Shown here piece after piece: positions 1-10,198 of a stretch of DNA of 64,000 nucleotides (position 1 is its first letter; each line of letters opens with the position of its first letter). The notes below the pieces were generated by a model. It worked only from the letters and a program-made list of their open reading frames with translations. It did not search any database and was not told the DNA's origin. The stretch lies in contig CBDCMH010000013.1 in assembly GCA_965218935.1 (NCBI GenBank), forward strand, positions 12,520 through 76,519, in the 5' to 3' direction. Source of the DNA: Acidobacteriota bacterium. Its GTDB lineage: Bacteria; Acidobacteriota; UBA6911; RPQK01; JADFOI01. The position numbers were made by a program, and so were the translations under genes.

Positions 1-488
1 TCCGCTCCAACTCCTCTTTTTGTGTGGGCGATCTTCAGATCGAAGCCTTCTCGGTCTCTCATGACGCCGCCGAGCCCGTCGGCTTTCGCTTCTCGGCACA
101 GGGCATTTGCGGAGCTCTGGTCACCGATTTGGGTGAATTCACACCTACGGTGATTGAAAACCTTTCGGGGTGTGACTGGTTCATCGTGGAATCCAATCAT
201 GACGAGCAGATGCTGAAAATTGGACCCTATCCCTGGAGCATCAAGCAACGGGTTTTGAGCAGAGTCGGACATCTCTCCAACCAGGAGTTGTCGGCTTTTC
301 TGATCAACTCCTTCGACCGGAAAGCGGCCCACATCTTCCTGGCTCATTTGAGTCGCAAAAACAACGATCCCAAGATCGCGCTGGATCATGCTTCTCGTGC
401 CCTTTCCCAAGACCTTCCTCTGTATGGTAAGTGCTGTGACCTGCACTTGACTCATCAGAGCAAACCCTCCATAGTCTTGGACTTATGA
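1..488 (+). CDS. MBL-fold metallo-hydrolase (YycJ/WalJ-like), 5'-truncated by window edge
   Basis: Motifs SHDAAEP, TDLG, ESNHD, GHLSN and LAHLS; stop overlaps purB start. Confidence 0.8.
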   Translation, partial: RSNSSFCVGDLQIEAFSVSHDAAEPVGFRFSAQGICGALVTDLGEFTPTVIENLSGCDWFIVESNHDEQMLKIGPYPWSIKQRVLSRVGHLSNQELSAFLINSFDRKAAHIFLAHLSRKNNDPKIALDHASRALSQDLPLYGKCCDLHLTHQSKPSIVLDL

Positions 489-1783
489 TCCCTCGATATA
501 CCCTGCCCGAGATGGGACGGGTCTGGTCTGAGGAAAACAAGTTCCAAAAGTGGCTTCAGGTCGAGATTGCCGTTTGTGAAGTCCTGGCGGAAATGGGTGA
601 AATCCCTCAGGAAGAGCTCTCACAAATCCAGCAAACAGCTGGATTTTCCATCGACCGAATCAAGGAAATCGAGGAAGTGACCCGCCATGACGTGATTGCC
701 TTCACCACTGCGGTTGCCGAGCAGGTGGGGCCAGCCTCACGTTTTATCCATTTTGGTCTCACTTCAACAGATGTGGTCGACACGGCCCAGGCGCTGCAGG
801 TCAAGGAGGCCTCCGAGCTGATCGAAAAGGAACTCCTGGAATTCCTCTCCACATTAAAAACTCAAGCTCTACGTTATAAGAAGGTCCCTGCCATCGGTCG
901 TACCCACGGCATCCATGCGGAACCGCTGACGCTTGGACTCAAACTGGCGGTGTGGTACTCGGAAATGGAGCGCAACCTGCAGCGTTTTCGTCGGGCGAGG
1001 GAAACCTTGGAGGTTGGGAAAATCAGCGGGCCGGTGGGATCCTTTTCCCACCTTCCTCCCCAGGTCGAAGAGAAGGTTTGTCAGAAACTGGGGATTGATT
1101 TCGCCCGCGTCTCAACACAGACCTTGCAACGAGATCGACACGCCGAATACCTGTGTACCCTGGCCATCCTGGGTTCCACCTACGATAAAGTGGCCACAGA
1201 GATCCGCCATCTGATGAGGACTGAAGTTCAGGAAGTGGGTGAACCGTTTGGCGCTGGGCAAAAGGGGAGTTCCGCCATGCCCCACAAGCGCAATCCCGTG
1301 ACCTGTGAAAATATCAGTGGTTTGTCTCGGCTGATGCGGAGCAACGCCCTGGCCGCTTTGGAGAACATCCCTCTGTGGCACGAGCGGGATATTTCCCACT
1401 CCTCCGTAGAAAGGGTGATCCTTCCCGACAGTACTATCCTGGCCCACTACCTGACCATCAGGCTAAACCACGTCATCCAGAATTTGGATGTTCACGAAGA
1501 GCAGCTGGAGGCAAACCTCCAGCTGACCCAAGGCTTGATCTTCTCGGGAACCCTTCTGCTCGAGTTGGTCCGAAAGGGTGTCCTTCGGGAACAGGCTTAC
1601 GAATGGATTCAGCGAAACGCCATGCGGGTTTGGGACGAAGGTGCTGATTTTGAAACTCTGATCCTGGAGGACCCCGACATCCAAAAACACCTGACCCAAA
1701 AAGAAGTGAAGCAGGTCTTTAACGTTCAAAGCAGCCTTCAACACATGGACACTATATTTGAGCGTGTCTTTGGATCGTCATGA
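485..1783 (+). CDS. purB: adenylosuccinate lyase
   Basis: MIPRY start, TRHDV, GRTHGIHAEP and fumarate-lyase signature GSSAMPHKRNP. Confidence 0.97.
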   Translation: MIPRYTLPEMGRVWSEENKFQKWLQVEIAVCEVLAEMGEIPQEELSQIQQTAGFSIDRIKEIEEVTRHDVIAFTTAVAEQVGPASRFIHFGLTSTDVVDTAQALQVKEASELIEKELLEFLSTLKTQALRYKKVPAIGRTHGIHAEPLTLGLKLAVWYSEMERNLQRFRRARETLEVGKISGPVGSFSHLPPQVEEKVCQKLGIDFARVSTQTLQRDRHAEYLCTLAILGSTYDKVATEIRHLMRTEVQEVGEPFGAGQKGSSAMPHKRNPVTCENISGLSRLMRSNALAALENIPLWHERDISHSSVERVILPDSTILAHYLTIRLNHVIQNLDVHEEQLEANLQLTQGLIFSGTLLLELVRKGVLREQAYEWIQRNAMRVWDEGADFETLILEDPDIQKHLTQKEVKQVFNVQSSLQHMDTIFERVFGSS

Positions 1784-1799
1784 AGCTCAATCCCTCTTG

Positions 1800-3173
1800 A
1801 TGAAGAAGATTATCGAATACATTCAGGAAAACCACGACCGCTACATCAGGGAATTGAACGAGTTTTTGAGAATTCCCAGTGTAAGCACCGATCCCAAACA
1901 CAAAGAGGATGTTCAAACCGCTGCCGAATTCGTTGGCAAGCAGCTTCAAAAGGCAGGCATGTCTACAGTGGAGATCTTCCCCACCGAGGGGCATCCCATT
2001 GTCTACGCCGAGCAGTTGGTGAAGGAAACGAAACCCACCCTTTTGATCTACGGCCATTACGATGTCCAGCCCGTTGACCCGATTGAGCTTTGGGAATCGG
2101 CACCGTTTGAACCCACCATCCGCAATGGCGAACTCTATGCACGGGGGGCGGCAGACGACAAGGGACAAGTTTTCATCCATTTCAAGAGTGCTGAAGCGTT
2201 CCTGAACACAGGCCAGCCACTTCCCGTGAATATCAAGTACCTCATTGAAGGTGAAGAGGAAATCGGTAGCCCTCATTTGGACCCGTTCATTGAGACCCAC
2301 CAAAACTTACTCCAAGCCGATGTGGTCATGGTTTCCGATACCGCCATGTTCGCCCATGGTGTTCCTTCAATCTGCTACGGGCTTCGAGGGCTGGCTTACT
2401 TTCAACTGGATCTGCGAGGGGCCAATACCGACCTCCACTCGGGATCCTTTGGAGGCACCGTTGTGAACCCTGCCTTCGAGCTCTCCAAGATCTTAACGGC
2501 AATGAAAGATGAAATGGGCCGGATCACCATCCCTCATTTTTATGATGACGTCCGCGAATTGACCCAAAAAGAACGCCAGGAGCTTGCCCGCTTGCCCTTT
2601 GACGAGGCCACATACAAGCAGGCCATCGGTCTGAAGGAGCTATCGGGCGAAGAGGGCTGCACGCCTCTGGAACGGCTTTGGGTGAGGCCCACCTTTGAGG
2701 TCAATGGCCTAGAGAGCGGCTTTACCGGGGAAGGAGCCAAGACGGTGTTGCCCGCCAAGGCCATGGCCAAAGTGAGCATGCGGTTGGTTCCCGATCAAGA
2801 CCCTGAAAAGATTGCCGATTTGTTTGAGGATTACGTCCATGCTCTGGCCCCCTCAACGATGCACCTTGAAACCACTCGCATGCATGGAGGAAAGCCTTGG
2901 GTTGCTTCGCTGGATCATCCGGCTCTGAGAGCGGTGAGCAAAGCCATCCAAAAAGGATTCGGCAAAGAGCCGGTCTTTCAACGGGAAGGAGGGTCCATCC
3001 CGGTGGTGGCCACTTTTGCCGAACTCCTCAACATTCCCAGTGTGCTTATGGGTATCGGCCTGCCGGATGAAAACGCCCACGCCCCCAACGAAAAGCTGAA
3101 CCTGGATAACTTCTACGCCGGGATCAAAAGCTCCGCCTACTTTCTGGATGAGCTGTCCCGTTCCGGACTCTAG
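1800..3173 (+). CDS. M20 family dipeptidase
   Basis: YGHYDVQP, ARGAADDKGQ, EGEEEIGS, DLHSG and HAPNE motifs; start taken at ATG 1800. Confidence 0.9.
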   Translation: MKKIIEYIQENHDRYIRELNEFLRIPSVSTDPKHKEDVQTAAEFVGKQLQKAGMSTVEIFPTEGHPIVYAEQLVKETKPTLLIYGHYDVQPVDPIELWESAPFEPTIRNGELYARGAADDKGQVFIHFKSAEAFLNTGQPLPVNIKYLIEGEEEIGSPHLDPFIETHQNLLQADVVMVSDTAMFAHGVPSICYGLRGLAYFQLDLRGANTDLHSGSFGGTVVNPAFELSKILTAMKDEMGRITIPHFYDDVRELTQKERQELARLPFDEATYKQAIGLKELSGEEGCTPLERLWVRPTFEVNGLESGFTGEGAKTVLPAKAMAKVSMRLVPDQDPEKIADLFEDYVHALAPSTMHLETTRMHGGKPWVASLDHPALRAVSKAIQKGFGKEPVFQREGGSIPVVATFAELLNIPSVLMGIGLPDENAHAPNEKLNLDNFYAGIKSSAYFLDELSRSGL

Positions 3174-3294
3174 CCCGTGGGCATCCCCGATCGAGCTGTT
3201 GGCAGGTTGTGCGGCTCCGACTTAGCTCTTCCCCAAAGGTGAGCGGACAAATAGACAGCAATGATAGGCCGCTCTGAGAGCGGCCGCTACAGAT

Positions 3295-3555
3295 TCAATC
3301 GAGGTACTTGGTGGAAAGTTCGAAGGCGACCAGGGAAACCAGCAAAGCAGAGACGGTAAGCAGGGAGAGTTCACTGAACGAGCCTCGGTAGAGCCGCCAG
3401 GCCATTACACCGAAAAAGCCAAGTGCATAGCTCAGCCGAATCCCCCACATTCGAATCTCCGAGCCATGAGGGTACTTGACCATGAAAAGGATGAACCCTC
3501 CGGTTGCCATGGTGAAAAAGAAAAGCGAAACAAGACCCAGCATGGAAGTGACCAC
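3295..3555 (-). CDS. small hypothetical membrane protein (about 3 TM)
   Basis: 86-aa hydrophobic ORF directly downstream of and co-oriented with the deaminase. Confidence 0.6.
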   Translation of the reverse strand: MVTSMLGLVSLFFFTMATGGFILFMVKYPHGSEIRMWGIRLSYALGFFGVMAWRLYRGSFSELSLLTVSALLVSLVAFELSTKYLD

Positions 3556-3588
3556 TTAAGCCGGGGCGTGGCTCTCACACCCCGCCTG

Positions 3589-4590
3589 TTACTCCACTCG
3601 ATGTTGGCGAAATATCACACCGGCTTCCTGGAACAGCTTAAAGGATGTCTCGTTCAGGGGATAATCCAGGTTGTAAACGACCTCTTGAATGCCCGCATTG
3701 ATGATCATCTTCGTACACGTCAAACAAGGCGCAAAGGTTGAGTATAAAGTCCCTCCCTTGACGCTCATACCATGATAGGCAGCCTGAGTGATGGCATTCT
3801 CCTCACCATGAGAACAGAGGCATTCCTCCAGGAGAGTGCCGCTGTCGGCGAGGTTGTTGCAGCGCGGACAACCGCCTTCATAACAATTCTTCGTTCCTCG
3901 TGGGGTCCCATTATAGCCGGTGGAAATGACTCTCTTATCGCGGACGATGATAGCAGCGACTTTTCGCTTGATACAATTACTGCGCAACGACGCAACCTTG
4001 GCTAACTTCATGAAATACTCATCCCAATTCGGGCGTACGAGATTACCCATCAACTGCGGTAACAGCTCCGAAATCTGATCGGTAAGCTCATCAAGGGAAC
4101 CGTTGTTGATGATCTCAAAATCAGCCTCTTTCGCACAGGCTTGGAGTTGCTGTCCGTAGGAATCCTTGCTGGCTTTTTCCCGTTGCTCCAGGTCCAGAAA
4201 TTTTTCAAGCGTCGCAGCGTCACTCTCCCGCTTCCGTTCGCGAATTCTTGCGAAGCGCACTTCAGGCTCGGCTTGAATCAGGACCAGGTGAAAGTCGGGA
4301 CGGGCCCGGAATACTCTCACCTCCTCGGGATGGCGAAAGGAGTCCACCACATAATTCTTATCTTCCTCGATCTGCGAGAGGATACGCTGGGCCAAGGCGC
4401 CGTTTCCCCCCTCACAACGCAATTCCTTTCCCACTTCAATCAGCCTCTCGCGGGTGATCTCCAGCCCTCGCCCGCGCACTTCCTCACGAATGACGTCCGA
4501 CAGGGAGTAGGGGTAGAAACCCTTGCTTTTAAGAAAGTTAACGGCCTCACCCTTGCCCGATGCGTTGGCACCCGTCAAGCCCATGATCAT
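3589..4590 (-). CDS. P-loop NMP-kinase-like domain fused to dCMP deaminase
   Basis: N-terminal GLTGANASGKG P-loop; C-terminal RPNWDEYF, GYNGTPRG, HGEENA and PCLTC Zn-deaminase motifs. Confidence 0.9.
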   Translation of the reverse strand: MIMGLTGANASGKGEAVNFLKSKGFYPYSLSDVIREEVRGRGLEITRERLIEVGKELRCEGGNGALAQRILSQIEEDKNYVVDSFRHPEEVRVFRARPDFHLVLIQAEPEVRFARIRERKRESDAATLEKFLDLEQREKASKDSYGQQLQACAKEADFEIINNGSLDELTDQISELLPQLMGNLVRPNWDEYFMKLAKVASLRSNCIKRKVAAIIVRDKRVISTGYNGTPRGTKNCYEGGCPRCNNLADSGTLLEECLCSHGEENAITQAAYHGMSVKGGTLYSTFAPCLTCTKMIINAGIQEVVYNLDYPLNETSFKLFQEAGVIFRQHRVE

Positions 4591-4655
4591 GGCCCCTTTA
4601 TAACATATTTCCTTGAAAACGCTGACCCGCCTTTTCTGTGCTATATTCCAGGGCC

Positions 4656-5825
4656 ATGGCGTTCGAGGGCGTGGATTTCCTGGGGCTTGAAGATCTCCTC
4701 AGCAATGAGGAGAGGCTGGTACGCGACAGCGTTCGCTCCTTCGTCCAAGACCAGGTCATCCCCGTTATTGAAGACCACTATATGAAGGGAAGCTTTCCGG
4801 CAGAGCTGGTCAAGCCAATGGGCTCACTGGGTTTCTTCGGGGCCAACCTGGAGGGTTACGGATGTGCTGGACTCAACAGCATGGCTTACGGGCTCATTAT
4901 GCAGGAGCTGGAGCGGGGGGATAGCGGCTTGCGCAGCTTCGTATCGGTCCAGAGTGCTCTGGTCATGTATCCCATCCATAGCTTCGGGAGTGATGAGCAG
5001 AAGGAAAAATGGCTCCCCCAACTTCAGTCGGGATCGGCCATTGGCTGTTTTGGATTGACCGAACCCGACTTCGGCTCCAATCCTGCCGGACTCAGAACAG
5101 AGGCTCGCAAAGAGGGAGACGAATACGTCCTCAATGGTGCCAAGGCCTGGATCACGAATGGAAGTATTGCTGATGTAGCAGTAGTGTGGGCGCGCTGCCA
5201 GGACGATCAGATTCGCGGATTCCTGGTGGAAAAGGGAACCCAAGGTTTTGCAACCCACGACTATCACCACAAGCACTCTTTGAGGGCCTCCATCACCTCG
5301 GAGTTGATCTTTGACAACTGCCGAGTGCCGGAGTCCAATCATCTGCCTCAGACTGAAAGCTTGAAACAGGCTCTCCTCTGTCTCAACCAGGCTCGTTATG
5401 GCATTGCCTGGGGTGCCGTGGGCAGCGCCCAGGCTTGTTATGACACCGCAAGACGGTGGTCCCTGGAACGCAAGCAGTTTGCCGGCAAACCCATCGCCTC
5501 TCACCAATTGGTTCAGAACAAGCTGGTTCACATCCTCACGGAAATCACCAAAGCCCAACTGCTGGTTTGTCGTCTGGGACAACTCAAAGATGCAGGGCAA
5601 GCCCGCCATGACCAGATCTCCATGGCCAAGCGCAATAACGTGGCCATGGCCCTGGAGACGGCCCGAACGGCGCGCGATATTCTGGGAGCAAACGGGATTC
5701 TAAGCGACTATCCCGTCTTTCGTCACCTGGCCAACCTGGAAACGGTATCCACCTACGAGGGAACCCACGATATTCATACCCTGATTCTTGGCCAGAGCAT
5801 CACCGGGATCTCGGCGTTCGAATAG
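4656..5825 (+). CDS. acyl-CoA dehydrogenase (glutaryl-CoA dehydrogenase-like)
   Basis: ELERGDSGLRS, GCFGLTEPDFGSNP and TYEGTHDIH motifs. Confidence 0.88.
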   Translation: MAFEGVDFLGLEDLLSNEERLVRDSVRSFVQDQVIPVIEDHYMKGSFPAELVKPMGSLGFFGANLEGYGCAGLNSMAYGLIMQELERGDSGLRSFVSVQSALVMYPIHSFGSDEQKEKWLPQLQSGSAIGCFGLTEPDFGSNPAGLRTEARKEGDEYVLNGAKAWITNGSIADVAVVWARCQDDQIRGFLVEKGTQGFATHDYHHKHSLRASITSELIFDNCRVPESNHLPQTESLKQALLCLNQARYGIAWGAVGSAQACYDTARRWSLERKQFAGKPIASHQLVQNKLVHILTEITKAQLLVCRLGQLKDAGQARHDQISMAKRNNVAMALETARTARDILGANGILSDYPVFRHLANLETVSTYEGTHDIHTLILGQSITGISAFE

Positions 5826-5888
5826 GCCCGCACTCCTCACACCCAATCTACTGCGGCAGCCACGATCCGGTGTGAGAAATGCGGGCTG

Positions 5889-7925
5889 CTAGTCGCCCTG
5901 AACCATTTTCCGAATACCCTCGACGATCTCCGGGTTGGCTAGCGTGGTGACATCACCCACGTCGCTTCCGTTGGAGATGGCTGCCAGCACCCGGCGCATG
6001 ATCTTCCCGGAACGAGTCTTGGGCATATCAGGCACGATATAAACGTGCTTGGGTCGGGCGATCTTACCGATGGTGGTCTCAATGACCTGAGTTACCGCCT
6101 CCTCGATCTCTTTGCCGGGCTCTGTCCCCGGCTTCAGGGAGATATAAATATCGGGGACTCGGCCTTTGACCTCATCGGCCAGTGGGACGACCGAAGCCTC
6201 GGCAACCTCGGAGACGGTCAGGCAGGCGGATTCGAGTTCCTTGGTGCCCAACCGGTGGCCGGCGACATTGATGACGTCATCGATTCGGCCCAGGATTCGA
6301 AAGTATCCATCTTCCGCTTCCATGGCGGCATCGCCGGTGAAATACGGCCAGTCCTGCCACTTCTTGCTCTTTTCATCTTTGCAATATTTGGCGTAATAGG
6401 TTGAAACATACCTTGCCCGATCTCCCCATATAGTCTGAAAGGCTCCAGGCCAGGGGTTTCTGATGCAAATATTCCCGGCTACACCGGATCCCGCTTCAAT
6501 TTCATTCCCGTCTTCATCGTAAATCACGGGGTGGATGCCCGGCACGCTGGGGCCGGCACTTCCCGGTTTCATGCCTTGGAGAGCGGGCATGGTGCTGCAC
6601 AGAAACCCCCCTGTTTCCGTTTGCCACCAGGTGTCGACGATAGCTGCTTCGCCCTTCCCGACAACCTGGTGGTACCATCTCCAGACCGCGGGCTCGATGG
6701 GTTCTCCCACCGTCGTCATATGCTTAAAGTGGTAGTTGTACTTGGGTGGCTCATCAGGACCCGCTTTTCGGAGCATGCGGATGGTGGTGGGGGCGGTGTG
6801 GAAGATATTCACATCGAGCTGCTCAGCGATTCTCCAGGCCCGCCCCGCATCGGGATAAGTGGGAACCCCTTCGTATAAAACGCCGGTGGTGGCCAGGGCA
6901 AGTGGTCCATAAACGATGTAGGAATGGCCCGTGATCCAGCCAATGTCGGCCATGCACCAATAGACATCTTCCGGATGGATGTCCTGAACATACTTGGAGG
7001 TACCGGTCACATAAGAAAGATAGCCCCCGATACTGTGCTGGCAGCCCTTGGGCTTACCCGTTGTCCCGCTCGTGTACATGACGAAAAGAGGATCCTCCGC
7101 AGGCATGGGAACGGGGTCGACTCGACTTCCCGCATAGTCCTTCAACACTTCGTCCGTGAAGTAGTCACGCCCTTCAACCATCGGGGTTTCCGAGGAATAC
7201 TTCCCAGGATAGCGTCTCCAAACCAGAACCTTATCTACACTTTGGCCCTCTTCGTCGGACACCTTTACGGCGATATCGGCGTTCTTCTTGTGATCCAGCA
7301 GCTTACCCGAGCGATAGTAGCTATCGATGGTGATCAGGACCCGGCTTCCTGAGTCGGCGATCCTTTCGCCACAGGCTTGCCCGCTGAACCCTCCGTAGAC
7401 TTCAGAGTGAATGACACCCAGTCGGGCACAAGCCAGCATGGTAATGGGAAGCTCGGGAACCATGGGCATGTGCAGCGTGACTCGATCCCCTGCCTTCAGC
7501 CCGGCAAAGTCTCTCAAAAGTGCGGCCAGCTCATTGACCCTCACGTAGAGCTCCTGAAAAGTCAGAGTCACGTGGGGCTCATCCTCGGGCTCCGGTACAT
7601 AAATAAAGGCAGCTTTGTTTTTGTATTTCTTGAGGTGTCGATCGACACAATTGTAGCAGGCATTGATCTTACCCCCCACGAACCACTTCCAACAGGGAGC
7701 ATCACTGATATCCAGCGTGGTGTGCCAATACTGGTGCCAGCTGAGAAGATCGGCATATTCCTTGAAGCATTCCGGGAAATGATCCAAGCTGAACCGCTCA
7801 TAGATCTCCGGATCGGTCATGTTGGCCTGAGCAATAAATGTGGCTGGAGGGTCAAAATACTCCTCTTCCTGCCAGTGAACCGCGATTTTCGCTTCGCTCA
7901 CTTCTACCGATTCTTCGTCACTCAT
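5889..7925 (-). CDS. acs: acetyl-CoA synthetase
   Basis: YTSGTTGKPKG, ADIGWITGHSY, DTWWQTETG and PKTRSGKIMRR motifs. Confidence 0.95.
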   Translation of the reverse strand: MSDEESVEVSEAKIAVHWQEEEYFDPPATFIAQANMTDPEIYERFSLDHFPECFKEYADLLSWHQYWHTTLDISDAPCWKWFVGGKINACYNCVDRHLKKYKNKAAFIYVPEPEDEPHVTLTFQELYVRVNELAALLRDFAGLKAGDRVTLHMPMVPELPITMLACARLGVIHSEVYGGFSGQACGERIADSGSRVLITIDSYYRSGKLLDHKKNADIAVKVSDEEGQSVDKVLVWRRYPGKYSSETPMVEGRDYFTDEVLKDYAGSRVDPVPMPAEDPLFVMYTSGTTGKPKGCQHSIGGYLSYVTGTSKYVQDIHPEDVYWCMADIGWITGHSYIVYGPLALATTGVLYEGVPTYPDAGRAWRIAEQLDVNIFHTAPTTIRMLRKAGPDEPPKYNYHFKHMTTVGEPIEPAVWRWYHQVVGKGEAAIVDTWWQTETGGFLCSTMPALQGMKPGSAGPSVPGIHPVIYDEDGNEIEAGSGVAGNICIRNPWPGAFQTIWGDRARYVSTYYAKYCKDEKSKKWQDWPYFTGDAAMEAEDGYFRILGRIDDVINVAGHRLGTKELESACLTVSEVAEASVVPLADEVKGRVPDIYISLKPGTEPGKEIEEAVTQVIETTIGKIARPKHVYIVPDMPKTRSGKIMRRVLAAISNGSDVGDVTTLANPEIVEGIRKMVQGD

Positions 7926-7951
7926 GCTTATCCCCTTCCTCGTTGGGGGCT

Positions 7952-8149
7952 TAAGCCCGGATTATGCATAAATTGTCTACTGCAGTGCCGCAATCATACA
8001 CGCTGACTGCGTTGTGCTTCCTTGGGCTCCTCGGCGTACTGCAAGAGTACGCTTGTGGGGCCCGACCCGCAAGCGGGTGCCCCTCGCACGCCTTGTCAGC
8101 GTGGCGCCTGCGGCACTTCGTCACGAAAACCTATGCATAATCCGGGCTA
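7952..8149. repeat. MITE/REP-like family A copy (TIR TAGCCCGGATTATGCATA)
   Basis: Terminal inverted repeats AAGCCCGGATTATGCATA...TATGCATAATCCGGGCTA; internal CGTACTCTTGCAGTACG hairpin shared with other copies. Confidence 0.85.
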
Positions 8150-8724
8150 TCTTCGTGGCCCGCTAGACCAAGATCTTCCGCCACCTGGGCCATGGCATCT
8201 CGAACAAAAGCGATATGATCCCCCAGGTCGATGTTCAGATCGGCGGCACCCTGGCGAATCTCCTCCCGATTGACGGAGCGGGCGAAACCCTTATCCTTCA
8301 ATTTCTTCTTCACCGACTTTACAGGGACTTCAGCAACCTTCTTTCCCGGACGCACCAGAGTGGCTGCAGTGAGAAAGCCGCAGAGTTCATCCACCGCAAA
8401 CAGGGTCTTGTCCATCAAGCTCTTTCTGGGCACATGCATATGCTCGGCATGGGCCGTGATGGCATAGATGATGTCCTCCGGATAGCCTCGATCCCCCAGA
8501 ATAGCGGCACCTACTCGCGGGTGGTCTTTGGGGTCCGGGTTTTGCTCATAGTCAAAATCATGAAGAAGGCCAGCTACTCCCCACTTTTCTTCATCCTCAT
8601 CAAATCTGCGGGCATAAGCCCGCATGGCGGCTTCCACAGCCAAGGCGTGCTTGATCAGACTGTCACCCTGGGTGTATTCCATCAGTAGTTCTCGAGCATC
8701 TTCGCGGGTGACTTTCATTGACAC
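8131..8724 (-). CDS. HD/HDIG-domain phosphohydrolase
   Basis: KHALAVE, GLLHDFDYE and DELCGF motifs. Confidence 0.88.
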   Translation of the reverse strand: MSMKVTREDARELLMEYTQGDSLIKHALAVEAAMRAYARRFDEDEEKWGVAGLLHDFDYEQNPDPKDHPRVGAAILGDRGYPEDIIYAITAHAEHMHVPRKSLMDKTLFAVDELCGFLTAATLVRPGKKVAEVPVKSVKKKLKDKGFARSVNREEIRQGAADLNIDLGDHIAFVRDAMAQVAEDLGLAGHEDSPDYA

Positions 8725-8769
8725 AAATCAGTCCGATCGGCGCTCTATGGTAACCTAAACTCTCCATCT

Positions 8770-10197
8770 ATGCGAAGAGCAAAAATCGTTGCCACAATCG
8801 GTCCTGCCAGCCAGTCCCCGGAAATGCTGGGCAAACTGGTGGAGGCGGGAATGGATGTGGCCCGGCTCAACTTCTCTCACGGTGATCACAAATCGCATGG
8901 AAAGACCATTCGTCATATTCGTGAGGCCTCCAAGCTACTCAAGAAACCGGTCGCCATCATGCAGGATCTTCAGGGACTGAAGATCCGAACCGGTCCATTG
9001 GAAGATGGAGCGCCCGTCGAACTCAAAACGGGCCAAAGTTTCGTTCTCACCACCCAGTCCCTTGCCGGAAACAGCGAAAGGGTCTCGACTTCCTACGAGG
9101 CTCTTCCTCAGGACCTTCGGCCGGGAGATCGGCTACTTCTCTCTGATGGCCTTCTTGAGCTTCGGGTGCTCACCACCACCCGTTCTGACGTGGAGTGTGA
9201 GGTGATCGCCGGCGGGCAACTAGCCGAGAACCAGGGCATCAACCTGCCCAATGTGAAGATCTCTGCCTCGGCGCTGACCGAAAAGGATTTGCGAGACCTG
9301 GAATTCGGAGCCGAGCAGCAGGTCGATTACCTCGCCCTCTCTTTCATCCGAAGGCCCCAGGATATCCTCAAGTTAAAGAAGAGGTTGGCCCAAAAGAACC
9401 GGGACACCCCGGTGATTGCCAAGCTGGAAAAACCGATGGCTATCGAAAACCTGGATGCCATCCTGGATGTCTGTGAAGGGGTGATGGTGGCCCGCGGAGA
9501 TCTTGGGGTGGAAATGGCTCCGGAAAAAGTCCCTGTGATTCAAAAACACATCATTACCGAAGCCAACGAAAAGGGGAAGTTGGTCATCACCGCCACCCAA
9601 ATGCTGGAGTCGATGATCCACAACCCGCGTCCGACACGGGCCGAGGCCTCCGACGTGGCCAACGCCGTGCTGGACGGGACCGACGCCGTGATGCTCTCGG
9701 CTGAGACGGCAAGAGGCAAGTACCCCGTGGAGTCGGTTTCCATGATGGCCAAGATCATTACCGAGGCTGAGCAGATGGGAACCGCGCCCCACACCGACCG
9801 ATTTCAGGAATCCAAGCCTCTTTCCTTTCCCGAAGCCGTTTGTGATGCCGCCTACCATGTCTCCCGATCCATCAAAGCCCGTGCCATCGTGGTCTTTACT
9901 CAAACCGGGTCCACCGCACGTTTGATCTCCAAGTACCGCCCGCCAATCGATATTGTGAGCTTCACCCCCAACCCTGAGATTTTGAATCGAGTCGCCCTCT
10001 ATTGGGGAATCCGCCCCATCCTCATGCACGAAATCGGCAACGTGGATCAGTTGATTGAAGCCCTGGAACAACTTCTCCTTCAACAGGGGTGGGTAGACAA
10101 AGGCGACAATCTGATCATCCTGACCGGCGCTCCCATCGTCGAGAAGGGCCACACCAGTCTCATGAAACTGCACACGGTGAAGGCCCAGAAATCCTAG
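8770..10197 (+). CDS. pyk: pyruvate kinase
   Basis: KIVATIGPAS, RLNFSHG, MVARGDLGVE and ATQMLESM motifs. Confidence 0.97.
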   Translation: MRRAKIVATIGPASQSPEMLGKLVEAGMDVARLNFSHGDHKSHGKTIRHIREASKLLKKPVAIMQDLQGLKIRTGPLEDGAPVELKTGQSFVLTTQSLAGNSERVSTSYEALPQDLRPGDRLLLSDGLLELRVLTTTRSDVECEVIAGGQLAENQGINLPNVKISASALTEKDLRDLEFGAEQQVDYLALSFIRRPQDILKLKKRLAQKNRDTPVIAKLEKPMAIENLDAILDVCEGVMVARGDLGVEMAPEKVPVIQKHIITEANEKGKLVITATQMLESMIHNPRPTRAEASDVANAVLDGTDAVMLSAETARGKYPVESVSMMAKIITEAEQMGTAPHTDRFQESKPLSFPEAVCDAAYHVSRSIKARAIVVFTQTGSTARLISKYRPPIDIVSFTPNPEILNRVALYWGIRPILMHEIGNVDQLIEALEQLLLQQGWVDKGDNLIILTGAPIVEKGHTSLMKLHTVKAQKS

Positions 10198-10198
10198 A

